64,000 nt of DNA, taken from contig JAMQHL010000034.1 in assembly GCA_025993795.1 (NCBI GenBank), positions 9,291 to 73,290 of the forward strand, given 5' to 3'. A program made the translations under genes and the position numbers. The notes under the pieces were generated by a model. The model did not search any database. It was not told the DNA's origin and saw nothing but the letters and a program-made list of their open reading frames with translations. Position 1 is the stretch's first letter. Each line of letters begins with the position of its first letter. Below, piece after piece: positions 26,927 to 36,260 of this stretch. Source of the stretch: Planctomycetota bacterium. GTDB taxonomy: Bacteria > Planctomycetota > UBA8742 > UBA2392.

Positions 26927-29859
26927 CAGTTTCTCCGGCGTTCGCCCAAGCCGCTGTCGAAAATGAACTTGACACGCTCAATCTCGACGCTGGCCTGTGT
27001 GCCGCGGAACGCGTTGACGTAAAAGCCCGCCGTCGCCTCAAGGTCAGCGTTCTTGAAATCGTTGCGGGCCATGGCGTCGGCGCGGTCCATGGGCAGTTTG
27101 ACCTCGAACCCGTTAATCAGCGCGAAGTACTGCACGTCGCTGCCGTCATCGGCCAGTTGGCGGCGTATGCCCAGCACAAGCGGCTGCTCAAGATTCAGCG
27201 GCACGCCGCCGTAGTCGCCGACATCGACGTACCCGAACTGTTTGCGTTTCTCGGGCTCGGCGGTGTTGTCGGTCTTGAACTCGCGGGTTTCCCAATACAC
27301 GCGCCCGTCACTGTCAATGCCGACCATCATCGACGCCAGCGGCACAGGCGTTGCGCCCGACGAAGGTTTGCGGTACTTGGCGATATAGACCCCGCGTTCC
27401 CAGTTGTCGGTGCCCATGCGCACAAACTCTGCTTCCATGGCAGCCAGCGTGCGGTGGGGGCGCTTGATCTCGATGCGGCTTGGAATACTGGTCTCGGCTT
27501 GCTTGATGCCGAGCTTGAGGCGCCCGCCCTTGATGCCCGTGTTGGGGATAAACCCGGCGTCAGGTTTTGGCACGCGCGGGACGTTCCAGCTTCCGAAGTA
27601 GTCGTCCTTGCTGTCGGTATTGAAGTCTTCGACATCAAAGTATTGGCGCTGGTTCTCTTCAATCTTGCGCAGCCACTCTTTGGCATAAGCCAGCGGCACG
27701 CTTTTCTGATAGTCCTGGTGCAGCGTGCTGCTGGAGAAGAAGCGCTTGTCCACGGCTCGCGCCAGATGGTCAAAGAACGCCTGCTTGGCGTCGTTATGAA
27801 AACCCAGGCTGTACTGGGCATAGGCATACACGTTGTAGCAGGCCAGGCTGGGCACGTCTGCGATTTCGCGCTCGGTGGGGTTCTGGGCCTTTTCGCCATC
27901 GGCATAGATCGTCAACTGGTCAATCAGCTCGCGGCTCAGGTCACGCGCCTTGGACAGGTAGGCCTTGCGTACTTCTGTCCGGTCTGTCGCGACAGCAATC
28001 GCCTGTGGCGCGGTTTCAGACAGGCGCAGGTAGAGCGTTGCCAGGGCAAGCTTGGTAGCCGGCTGACGCGGCTGGATTGCCAGTGCCGCCGAAAAGAACG
28101 CCGCAGCTTCCTTCATGGTGGGGGTAAGCTCGCCGGCAAAGTCCACGGATTCGCCGGCGGCAAAGCGTACCAGCAGTGCAGCCCGAATGCGTTCAATGTC
28201 CGCCAAGGCGATTTCGGCCAGCATGACCAGTGCCGGGTAGAAGTCGGGCTCATACTTCAGGCAGCGTGCCAGGTAGTCCTTGGCAAACACCTGCAGGCCG
28301 GCCTTCATGTTCAGGTCCGCTGCTGCAAAGTTCAGCAGCGTGTGCTGCGGGTTGACGTCGAGGCCTGCGGTGGCCGCAGCCAGCGCCTCACGGAACATGC
28401 CGATGCGGGCGTACAGGCGATACTCGGCCAGCCAGGCCTCGGCCGAAAGCGGGTCGATCTTCTTGGCGGCTTCAATCACGGCCAGCGTATCGCCGCGGGG
28501 TGCAGCGGGTTTGTCGGGTCGTGTCATGCGGTATTGGCCGTCCGTCTGCGCATAGATAACAAGCGCGCGCGCCATCAGCGGATTGAGCGGGTACACCGTG
28601 GCTGCGGCGGGAGACGCATAGCCCAATGCTTCGTTCCACCAGGGCAACGTTTTGACGATGTCGCGGATCTTGTCGTGGTCGGCCTTCTCTTCGCCGCGGC
28701 GGGGCAGGTTGCGGTGCAGCAGCATCGCGCAGTAAAGCACGCGGCCTGCGGCCCAGCCGGGTGCTCCCTGCGGGATCTTGTCCAGCGCAGACGTGGACGC
28801 GCCGAAGTCCTGCAGACTGAACTCAAGTTCGGCCAGGGTCAGCCAGGCGCGGCCCTGCTCAGCTTCCGCGCTGGTTTCCAGCACCAGCTCGGTGCCGGCC
28901 AGCATGCCGACAAGGTCTGTAATCTCGGTACGGGCTTCCGCAAAGCGCTTCAATTCAATGAAGCAGCGCGCGAGCAGCCAGCGGGCCTCGCTGTGGTTGC
29001 GCGCGTTGGCAAGGTGCGGAATGGCAGATTCATAGAGTTGCAGGCGCGAAACGAAGATGCGTCCAACAGCCAGCGAAAAGCGTTCACGGTCGGGGCTTTC
29101 CACGCCGGAGCGCAGCGCGCTGAGATAGGTGCTTAGCTCAGAGTCCAGGTTGTTGCGCGTTCGGTGGAAGTTGGCAAGTTCGTCGTAAATGCCCGCGAAC
29201 TTGGGATTGCGGTCGCGGATGTACACGAATTGCGCCTGGTAGAACTGGGCGAACTCGTTTCGTTCTTCGGGGCTGAATCCGGTTTCGCTGTTGTCTACGT
29301 TTGCGATGATGTCGCGGTGGGCGGCTTCCCAGTCATTGACTGCCTTTTGCCGCTCTTCGCCGCTGAACTGGTTGACATAGCCTTCGAATATGTCGACCCA
29401 GGTCTGCGGATAGCCCTTGATCGTCACCTTGGAGGGCGGCACCCAGTAAAGCCGCTTGCGCTCATCCACGATGTTCAACATGCCGGCGCCATCGACGCGT
29501 GGCTGGCGGGGATTGATTGCGTAAAAGTAGAAGCGTGAGCCCTCAGGCGCCGGCGTGCCAAGCCAGCGGGCAAAGGCGGCGCGCCAAAGCGCGGTGTTAT
29601 AGCGGCGCGCAAGACCGGTACGGTCCCAGCGTTCAACCCGAAGCAGGAAGTCGTCGCTGGAGGCGCCGACAAGGTTGCCGCCGGAGCGGTCGGTAATCCG
29701 GTTCGGGCGCACCTCCCATTCGCGGTTGGCGCCCTCCATCTGGAGCACCAGGTAGCGGCGTGGCGTGTCGGTGAGCGTGATCTGGCTTGCCAGCGCGGGC
29801 GCAAACAGGCCGGCGCCGGCGAGCAGCAGCAGGCAGGCGAACAATCGCGGGCGGATCAT
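26926..29859 (-). CDS. Large exported TPR-rich protein with C-terminal beta domain
   Basis: Signal MIRPRLFACLLLLAGAGLFAPALA; many A/L/Y helical repeats; TGATG overlap with pilin start; start may be 29889. Confidence 0.8.
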   Translation of the reverse strand: MIRPRLFACLLLLAGAGLFAPALASQITLTDTPRRYLVLQMEGANREWEVRPNRITDRSGGNLVGASSDDFLLRVERWDRTGLARRYNTALWRAAFARWLGTPAPEGSRFYFYAINPRQPRVDGAGMLNIVDERKRLYWVPPSKVTIKGYPQTWVDIFEGYVNQFSGEERQKAVNDWEAAHRDIIANVDNSETGFSPEERNEFAQFYQAQFVYIRDRNPKFAGIYDELANFHRTRNNLDSELSTYLSALRSGVESPDRERFSLAVGRIFVSRLQLYESAIPHLANARNHSEARWLLARCFIELKRFAEARTEITDLVGMLAGTELVLETSAEAEQGRAWLTLAELEFSLQDFGASTSALDKIPQGAPGWAAGRVLYCAMLLHRNLPRRGEEKADHDKIRDIVKTLPWWNEALGYASPAAATVYPLNPLMARALVIYAQTDGQYRMTRPDKPAAPRGDTLAVIEAAKKIDPLSAEAWLAEYRLYARIGMFREALAAATAGLDVNPQHTLLNFAAADLNMKAGLQVFAKDYLARCLKYEPDFYPALVMLAEIALADIERIRAALLVRFAAGESVDFAGELTPTMKEAAAFFSAALAIQPRQPATKLALATLYLRLSETAPQAIAVATDRTEVRKAYLSKARDLSRELIDQLTIYADGEKAQNPTEREIADVPSLACYNVYAYAQYSLGFHNDAKQAFFDHLARAVDKRFFSSSTLHQDYQKSVPLAYAKEWLRKIEENQRQYFDVEDFNTDSKDDYFGSWNVPRVPKPDAGFIPNTGIKGGRLKLGIKQAETSIPSRIEIKRPHRTLAAMEAEFVRMGTDNWERGVYIAKYRKPSSGATPVPLASMMVGIDSDGRVYWETREFKTDNTAEPEKRKQFGYVDVGDYGGVPLNLEQPLVLGIRRQLADDGSDVQYFALINGFEVKLPMDRADAMARNDFKNADLEATAGFYVNAFRGTQASVEIERVKFIFDSGLGERRRN

Positions 29860-29900
29860 CGTGTGCTTCAGTTGTGCGTTGCCGATCATGTTTGTGCTCG

Positions 29901-30380
29901 TTACTCGTCTGTTGCGCGCAGCTCGACGCGGCGGTTGTCGCGCGGCACATAGGCTGCCACGCGTGACAGGCTGGGGCGTGCGCCGGCTGCCACGTCAAAA
30001 TCGTGCATCGCCGAAAAACCGGGCGCCTGCAATTCAAGCGGCGGCAGGCCTTCGTAAGTTTCCTGGGTCAGGGACCAGGCGGAAGCCTTGGGCGGTGTGT
30101 ATATGTCGCGGTCATCAAAAAACGGCCGGTTGATGTCATGGGCATCGGGTTGCGTTGGCGTAATCTCGGTTGGCTTTTCCAGCAGGCGCAGCGCCTTCTC
30201 GGCGGTCGCCGGGTCGGCCTTGGCTGTGCTCATGCTGCCTGCGCGAACCTCAGCGTCGATGTCTGCGATACCGCCGCCCAGCGGCCGCGCCTTCAGCGCG
30301 ATCAGAATGGTGGCAATGAGCACGATCCCGAACAGGATCTTCTCTTTCCATTCCTCAAGGATTCTGAGTGCCTTGTCCAT
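29901..30380 (-). CDS. Hypothetical bitopic membrane protein of the pilus operon
   Basis: One TM (ILFGIVLIATILIAL), Pro-rich tail; 3 nt from the upstream gene. Confidence 0.75.
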   Translation of the reverse strand: MDKALRILEEWKEKILFGIVLIATILIALKARPLGGGIADIDAEVRAGSMSTAKADPATAEKALRLLEKPTEITPTQPDAHDINRPFFDDRDIYTPPKASAWSLTQETYEGLPPLELQAPGFSAMHDFDVAAGARPSLSRVAAYVPRDNRRVELRATDE

Positions 30381-30383
30381 ACG

Positions 30384-31310
30384 CTACCGGAACCTTCTGG
30401 GCTGGTTGGTCTGCTGTTCCTGCTTCTTGGCCGATTCATCTGCCGGGTAGGTTGACTGCTCATTCACCTGGAAGGCGACCACGGTCAGTGACGCGAAGAT
30501 CAGGTTGTCCTGCGGCTGCAACAGGTCAGGTTTTTCAAACTTGAAATCCTCAATGGCAAGGTAGCGGTTCTTCATTTCGCCCTTCACGGGGCGTTGCAGG
30601 TCGATCATGAAGTTGTACAGGGCTTCTTCTGTGGCGCGGATCTTTACGCGCAGCGCGGTGCCGCTCATGAACGGTGGTTCGCCGACGCCGGCGGGCTTGG
30701 TGGGCACGCCGCGCTTATCAAGCTGGTCGTCAACGGCGCGGAAGTCGAGCTCGTTCAGTTCGGCAACCTTGCTGCGTTCGACCGAGCCTGCGACGCAGCG
30801 CACGATGTCGAGCATTTTGAGAAAGCGCTCGACGTCGCTGCTCTTGATGTCGGCGCGGTCTTCCGGCACCTGAAAGCCGAACGCCTTGCGGGCGTTGACG
30901 TCCTGTGTGAAATAGCGCTGGTAGCCAAGCTGGCGCTTGAGGTCGAGCATCAGTTGCGTGAAGTGCTGGAACTGGTCACCCTCATTCGCGTTCTCTGGCA
31001 GCACGGCAAGGGTGTAATCCGGCGCGTAGACAAAGGCCAGGCGCTCGTTGCGCGCGGTGCTGACCTGGTTGATCGTCTGCGTGCGGTCCTGGATGCGGCG
31101 GCCCTGCAGCGTCGCGGGCTCGCCCTTGAACTTCACGGCGTCGCCGAACAGTGCACGGTAGTTGGTGGTGAACAGCGTGCGCGCCTGCGCCTGCTTTGAA
31201 TCCAGGCTCAGTGAAAGATCACTGAATTCGCCGCTGGCGACAATCAAGATCACCAGCAGCACAATCAGCACAGCCGCAAAGCGCGCGTGTTTCTTGACGT
31301 GCTTCATCAT
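30384..31310 (-). CDS. PilO-like bitopic protein
   Basis: N-terminal TM, helical middle, C-terminal LYNFMIDL..LAIEDFKFEK alpha/beta pattern; 4-nt overlap with pilM. Confidence 0.55.
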   Translation of the reverse strand: MMKHVKKHARFAAVLIVLLVILIVASGEFSDLSLSLDSKQAQARTLFTTNYRALFGDAVKFKGEPATLQGRRIQDRTQTINQVSTARNERLAFVYAPDYTLAVLPENANEGDQFQHFTQLMLDLKRQLGYQRYFTQDVNARKAFGFQVPEDRADIKSSDVERFLKMLDIVRCVAGSVERSKVAELNELDFRAVDDQLDKRGVPTKPAGVGEPPFMSGTALRVKIRATEEALYNFMIDLQRPVKGEMKNRYLAIEDFKFEKPDLLQPQDNLIFASLTVVAFQVNEQSTYPADESAKKQEQQTNQPRRFR

Positions 31311-32974
31311 TTCGCGCCCTCCTGTGCCAGGATGTCAAGCTCAAGCGTGTGCACAACGTCAAGACCCTCTGCGGCCGGATTGTCCTTGGCCGAGCCAGGA
31401 ATCACCTTGGTGACGCCCTTGATGCCGGTCAGCACGCCGCGCAGGTCGGTGTTGACCTGGTTGGGGTCGGCGCCCGGCAGGCGCTCAATGAAGAACTCGA
31501 GCTTCAGGCGCGTGATCGGTTTGAATTCTTTCGTGTTGGCCGGGTTGTTGGTGTCGGTCACCAGCTCCGCAGAGCGGATGCGCACTGAATCCGGGCGTTT
31601 TGCGTTCAGCGCAATCAGCACCTGCGTTGCGACGCGGCCGGGGCCGGGCGCGACAAGGCCCGCTTCGGCGCGTTTGGCGGCACGCTGGGAGGCTTTTTCG
31701 TAAATCTCGACCTCGCTGCTGGCGCTGGCGTAGCGCCCAAGCGGGCCCTGCTGCGTCTTCCTGAGGTACTCGTCGGCTTCCGTCGTGCTCTTGTTGGTTA
31801 ATACGTAGAGCGGCAGCACCACCGCCAGCACAAGCGCGGCCGCCAGATAAAGGAAAATGCTGTGGTTCAGGAACTCGCGGCGGCGTCGCACGCTGGCCGG
31901 CAGGAACTCTGCGCGCTCGGCTTTGCGGTCTGCGTCCAGCGCGGCCAGGCCCAGCGCGAGTGCAAGTGCCGGTCGGTAGGCCTGCGCCGTCTCGTTGCCC
32001 TTGGCGTCGAGGGCGCCCGCATCCACGTTGGCCAGGGGGTCGAAGACCTCAACGGTCTTGCGAACCCGGTTCATCATCAACTCACGCAGGCCTGGAATGG
32101 CCGCGCCGGCGCCTGACAGCACGATCTTGCGCACGTCCATGGCCGTGGCGCGCATGGCGGCCTTGGCCACCATCACCGTGCCCAGAATCTGCTGGAACAG
32201 GCGGGCCGCAACTTCCTGGCCGGCCTCAACGCCGCGGTCATTGCTCAGGTTGTCTGCGGCGATGCTGGGCCGCAGGTCAATCTGCCGGAAAAGCAGCTGG
32301 CGTACCGCGTCGCGGTCGGTGCCGTACTCGGGCAACAGGCGTGTGATGAAGTCATTGACGCCGACGCTGAGCGTGCGGGCGTACATCAACTGGCCTTCGC
32401 GCACCAGAATCACGTCGGTTGCGTCATCGCCGATGTTTGCATACAGCGAAACGTAATCGCCCTCGGTGTCGCCGGATATGCGGTAAGCCTGGTACAGCGC
32501 GATACAACCGGGGATCAGCGGGCCGACCTCAAGGCCGCTGGCGGCCAGGCTGTTGGCGTAGTGGTCAATCACCTCTTCACGCGCCAGCGCGACATGAATC
32601 GCGGGCGAATAGTCAAAGTCGTTGCCGGTAATGTAGTCAGCGAGAATCTTGCCGCCTTCGCCCGCCATCTCGTCGGCTTCGACCTTTACCGACATCTCGA
32701 TGTGTTTGGGGTTGGTCGTGGCCAGGGGCGCAAAGCGGTAATAGACGTCTTTGCCCGGCACCAGGGTGGCCGGGCGCTTGCCCTTGATGCCCTTGCCCTG
32801 CAACGCGCCGTAGGTTGTGCCCAGCGGGGCGCCCGCGTTTGCTTCGGGTCGTTGCTCGGGGTCAGGCGCAAAGCCCGGCAATGCAATGCAGGCGCGCAAT
32901 TTCCAGGCGCCGCCTGTGCGCACGACGCTTGCGTAAAGGCTGAGGTTGCTGCCGATGTCTACGCCTGTGCCCAT
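31307..32974 (-). CDS. pilM: PilM-like actin-fold domain fused to TM and PilN-like domain
   Basis: GVDIGS, NIGDDATDV, KIVLSGAGA..PGL, ALALGLA..AEFLP..RRR, TM, then periplasmic domain. Confidence 0.8.
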   Translation of the reverse strand: MGTGVDIGSNLSLYASVVRTGGAWKLRACIALPGFAPDPEQRPEANAGAPLGTTYGALQGKGIKGKRPATLVPGKDVYYRFAPLATTNPKHIEMSVKVEADEMAGEGGKILADYITGNDFDYSPAIHVALAREEVIDHYANSLAASGLEVGPLIPGCIALYQAYRISGDTEGDYVSLYANIGDDATDVILVREGQLMYARTLSVGVNDFITRLLPEYGTDRDAVRQLLFRQIDLRPSIAADNLSNDRGVEAGQEVAARLFQQILGTVMVAKAAMRATAMDVRKIVLSGAGAAIPGLRELMMNRVRKTVEVFDPLANVDAGALDAKGNETAQAYRPALALALGLAALDADRKAERAEFLPASVRRRREFLNHSIFLYLAAALVLAVVLPLYVLTNKSTTEADEYLRKTQQGPLGRYASASSEVEIYEKASQRAAKRAEAGLVAPGPGRVATQVLIALNAKRPDSVRIRSAELVTDTNNPANTKEFKPITRLKLEFFIERLPGADPNQVNTDLRGVLTGIKGVTKVIPGSAKDNPAAEGLDVVHTLELDILAQEGAK

Positions 32975-33010
32975 GCTGTCCCGGTCCTCACCACTGCCAG
33001 ACTGCTGTGA

Positions 33011-36000
33011 CTATCCCTCTTCTTCCGGCAACCCCGCGGGAAGCCGCCCCGTCAGGGCCTGCAGCCGCCGGGCCAGCGCGCTCTCGCGGTCCAGCCATCC
33101 TGACGGAGGTGTTTCGGCTGAGAACGGCATGTTCTTCAGCCACTTCTTCTGGCCTTCGGTCAGCAGCACCGAAAGCAGATGCGCCTGCACCAGCCTGATC
33201 AGGTCGCGTGCCTGAACCGCGCGATCGGTGGCGATGTTCTTGAGGCCCTGCTTGTTGAACTGGTCCATTTCCTTGAGCAGGATGTCCGCCACATCGGCCA
33301 GGCGTTCCTTTGCTTCAATACCGCGCAGACAGCGCGGGTAGCGCCGCACCACAGTCTGCAGTTTCAGCATTCCCTGCACGTACTGTCCGCTTTGCAGGTA
33401 GTCGCGCGCGCTGACGATGTACGGCTCGCTGTCACGTTGCTCAATCTCGATCTCAAGCATGAACAGGCTTTCACGCGCCCCTTCTGCAAGCTCGCTGAAG
33501 TCCTCGGCCACCTGCTTGAGTTGCGTCAGGGCCGCTCGGGCCTTGCGAGCCGTTTCTTTGCTGCGCTTGTTCATGCCGCCGCCCGCAAGCTCTGCCTGCA
33601 GCGTGAGCTGGGTGTCGTCCCATGTCGAGGCGGAGCCTCGAAGCTTGTCGGCAGTGTCAATCGCCTCGCGCATCGCCGAGCGGTACAGCTGCTCATTGCG
33701 CGTCAGGGCCGGCACGTTGATTCCGTCGCGCAGTTCAATCAACCGCAGCCGGTAGTGCTTGCTGGCAGCGTCAATTGCCTCGGCCGCAGCCGCAATCTCG
33801 GACTGGTTGTACGTAAAGTCGGCGATCAGTTTCAACGCGCGGTTGACGCGGTCGACCTGATCTTCACCGGGCTGTACGGCGCTGAGCAGCCCAAGGTTGC
33901 GTTGCAGTTCGTCGCTGCCCTGTCCGGGCTTGAAGGTCAGCGACAGACTGCCGCTGTTCTGCAGCAGCAGCTCGCGGCCCCCGACCGCCGATCCCGCCCA
34001 GGCCCGGGCTCCCGGCGACTCAATCAGGTTGCCGGTGCCGGTATCAGCAGCAAGCAGGCGACCAAACATGGATCGCTCGGCGCGCGCTACGCCGATGTCA
34101 TCTGCGTAAGCGGCAGGGTATTTTCCGTCCGGCTCAAAGCGCACGAGCTCGCCGGGGACCCACTGCGGTGTGGCCAGCGCGTTCAGCGCGACAAAGCGCG
34201 CCGCCTTGCTGAAGTCGCCTGACGCCGTCTGTTCAAGGCGTGCGCTGAATGTCGCGCCCGCGTCTTTGCCGCCCAGGTTGACCAGCAGCCTGACGTCATG
34301 TCCCGCGACCGGATCAAAGTAAAGGAAGCTGCCCTGGATTTCATTGCCCGAGGTGGTGAGGCTCGGCGGCTCAACCAGAGTCTGCATCGGGTCAAGCGGG
34401 TCTTCGCGCCCTTCGGCGGCGTACAGCAGAATGCGCCCACCGCGCAGCAGGCGCCCACCCGGGCCACTGAGTTCAATGTCGCCTTCGGGCGAAAACTCCC
34501 ACGACAAGCCGGTAACGGAACTGACCTGCTGGGTCGTCATCATCGCCCGCGCGTTATCGTCGGCTTGAACTGCAATCTCGTCGAACATGACGCTGCCGGG
34601 TGTGCCGCTGATGCCCACTGCAATGCTGAACGCCCTGGCCCTGTCGGGGGCGCGGGCGCTGCCTGCAAGTTCCGTCCACTCCTGCATGCGGGTGCGCGCC
34701 GCAATCGGCGTGACCAGAATGGGGTCACGGTCGCGCGGGTGGGCAAACCACCAGACCTGCACCAGCGCCGTGCCGAGACGGTCGTTGCCGAACTCGGGGT
34801 TCATCGCGAACGCGCTGACGCTGACGCCGCGGGACTTGAGTTCAATGGCGTCGCTGACCGCGAGACTGATGCGGTTGCTTGCATTGAAACGCCCGATCAG
34901 CAATGCGTATTGTCCGCCCTTGGCACCTTCGGTCAGGCTGAAGTTATCCGTGCCGCTGACTGAGTAACGCCAGCCGCGAGGAAAGCCGCTTTCGTCGCGG
35001 TCGTCAAAGCTGGAGTTCGCGCCCAGCAGGCCGCCGCCGCGTGCCGCCGGGAATGAGCCATCGCCCCGGCCGCCGCCCTCGGAATTGCTGGTGGTCATCG
35101 TATACGCGGCGAACAGGACGGCCCCGGCCACGATCAGCACAATCAAGATTTCCGCAATCGCAAAGACCGCGCCGCCGCCACCGCTGAAGCGCACCTTCTG
35201 GGTCAGGGCCGCCATGTCCGTCTGCGATGCCTGGCGCAGGTCGGCTTCGCTGGCTTCGCCAACCGGAATGCCGGCGGCATCGACAACATCATCAACGTCG
35301 TCATCCGGCTGTCGCTCTGCCTTGCGGGCTTCATCGAGGCGCTTGCGAACATCCGTGCCCGCGAGTTTTGGGGCGGACTGGCCGCTGCTTTCGTTGGGCT
35401 TTCCGTGAAGCTGGAACTTGAATACCTGGCTGCCCAGCACGACCTTCATGCCGGTCGTTAGCTTGACCGGGCCGGTGATCCTGGTGCCGTTGATCACGAC
35501 GCCATTCGTGCTGCCCAGGTCCTCAATAATGTAGTCCACTCCGTCTTTGCGGATGCGGGCATGGTAGCCGCTGGATTTGCCGTCGTTTTCAAGGCAGAGC
35601 TGATTGTCGTGTTTGCGCCCGATGTTGTACGGGTCATGGGTCAGCGGATGGATTTTGTCCGGCAGGCTGCCCTGCAACAGCACCAGCGCAGCCGGTGCGA
35701 CCACGGTGCGTGTGCTCTGGCTGCTGTCGGGCTCAGGGCCTGCATTGTCAGCCTGTTCAAGGTCAAGGCCGCTGGCGCGCGTGCTTTGGACGCCGGCCAT
35801 GACGGTGTTGGCGCCCGGGCCCCCGGTCTCTTCGAATTGCATGTCCACTGTGCCGATGGTGATGATGTCGCCGGGTTTGATCGCGCCTTCCTGAACACGC
35901 CTGCCATTTAGGAACGTGCCATTCTGCGAGCCAAGATCGACGATCGCCCAGGCATCGTCGCGCTTCTCAAAGCGGCAGTGCGCGCGGGAGAGCCGCGTGT

Positions 36001-36103
36001 CCTTGACCACCACGTTGGAGTGCTTTTCCGAACGCCCAACCGTTGCGGCGTCGGTCAGCTCGACGGGGGGGTGCTCACTCTTTTTGAAGACAATACGGGG
36101 CAT
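33011..36103 (-). CDS. Double-FHA bitopic protein with extracytoplasmic jelly-roll-like and helical domains
   Basis: FHA1 VGRS..LSRAHC..DLGSQNGT; FHA2 IGRK..SSGYHA..DLGSTNGV; TM ILIVLIVAGAVLFAAY. Confidence 0.88.
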   Translation of the reverse strand: MPRIVFKKSEHPPVELTDAATVGRSEKHSNVVVKDTRLSRAHCRFEKRDDAWAIVDLGSQNGTFLNGRRVQEGAIKPGDIITIGTVDMQFEETGGPGANTVMAGVQSTRASGLDLEQADNAGPEPDSSQSTRTVVAPAALVLLQGSLPDKIHPLTHDPYNIGRKHDNQLCLENDGKSSGYHARIRKDGVDYIIEDLGSTNGVVINGTRITGPVKLTTGMKVVLGSQVFKFQLHGKPNESSGQSAPKLAGTDVRKRLDEARKAERQPDDDVDDVVDAAGIPVGEASEADLRQASQTDMAALTQKVRFSGGGGAVFAIAEILIVLIVAGAVLFAAYTMTTSNSEGGGRGDGSFPAARGGGLLGANSSFDDRDESGFPRGWRYSVSGTDNFSLTEGAKGGQYALLIGRFNASNRISLAVSDAIELKSRGVSVSAFAMNPEFGNDRLGTALVQVWWFAHPRDRDPILVTPIAARTRMQEWTELAGSARAPDRARAFSIAVGISGTPGSVMFDEIAVQADDNARAMMTTQQVSSVTGLSWEFSPEGDIELSGPGGRLLRGGRILLYAAEGREDPLDPMQTLVEPPSLTTSGNEIQGSFLYFDPVAGHDVRLLVNLGGKDAGATFSARLEQTASGDFSKAARFVALNALATPQWVPGELVRFEPDGKYPAAYADDIGVARAERSMFGRLLAADTGTGNLIESPGARAWAGSAVGGRELLLQNSGSLSLTFKPGQGSDELQRNLGLLSAVQPGEDQVDRVNRALKLIADFTYNQSEIAAAAEAIDAASKHYRLRLIELRDGINVPALTRNEQLYRSAMREAIDTADKLRGSASTWDDTQLTLQAELAGGGMNKRSKETARKARAALTQLKQVAEDFSELAEGARESLFMLEIEIEQRDSEPYIVSARDYLQSGQYVQGMLKLQTVVRRYPRCLRGIEAKERLADVADILLKEMDQFNKQGLKNIATDRAVQARDLIRLVQAHLLSVLLTEGQKKWLKNMPFSAETPPSGWLDRESALARRLQALTGRLPAGLPEEEG

Positions 36104-36260
36104 GTGTGCCGTCAGGCAGTGTGCAAGGTCAATCCGGGGGACCCCCAGAGTTTATCCCAAGTCCATCGCCATACAAGGATTGCCGTAATCTGAACATTGC
36201 GAAACCGGGGGGTGCCCGGCGGCGCAATCCAATCCGCGAAGGGCCGGTTTGTGGCTTCCG

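Noticed and set aside
27157-29136. Long antisense ORFs (also 15113-16645, 44867-46513, 48847-50145, 59157-61370 and others)
   Set aside because: Shadow frames of well-supported genes in high-GC DNA; no motifs and no independent start signals
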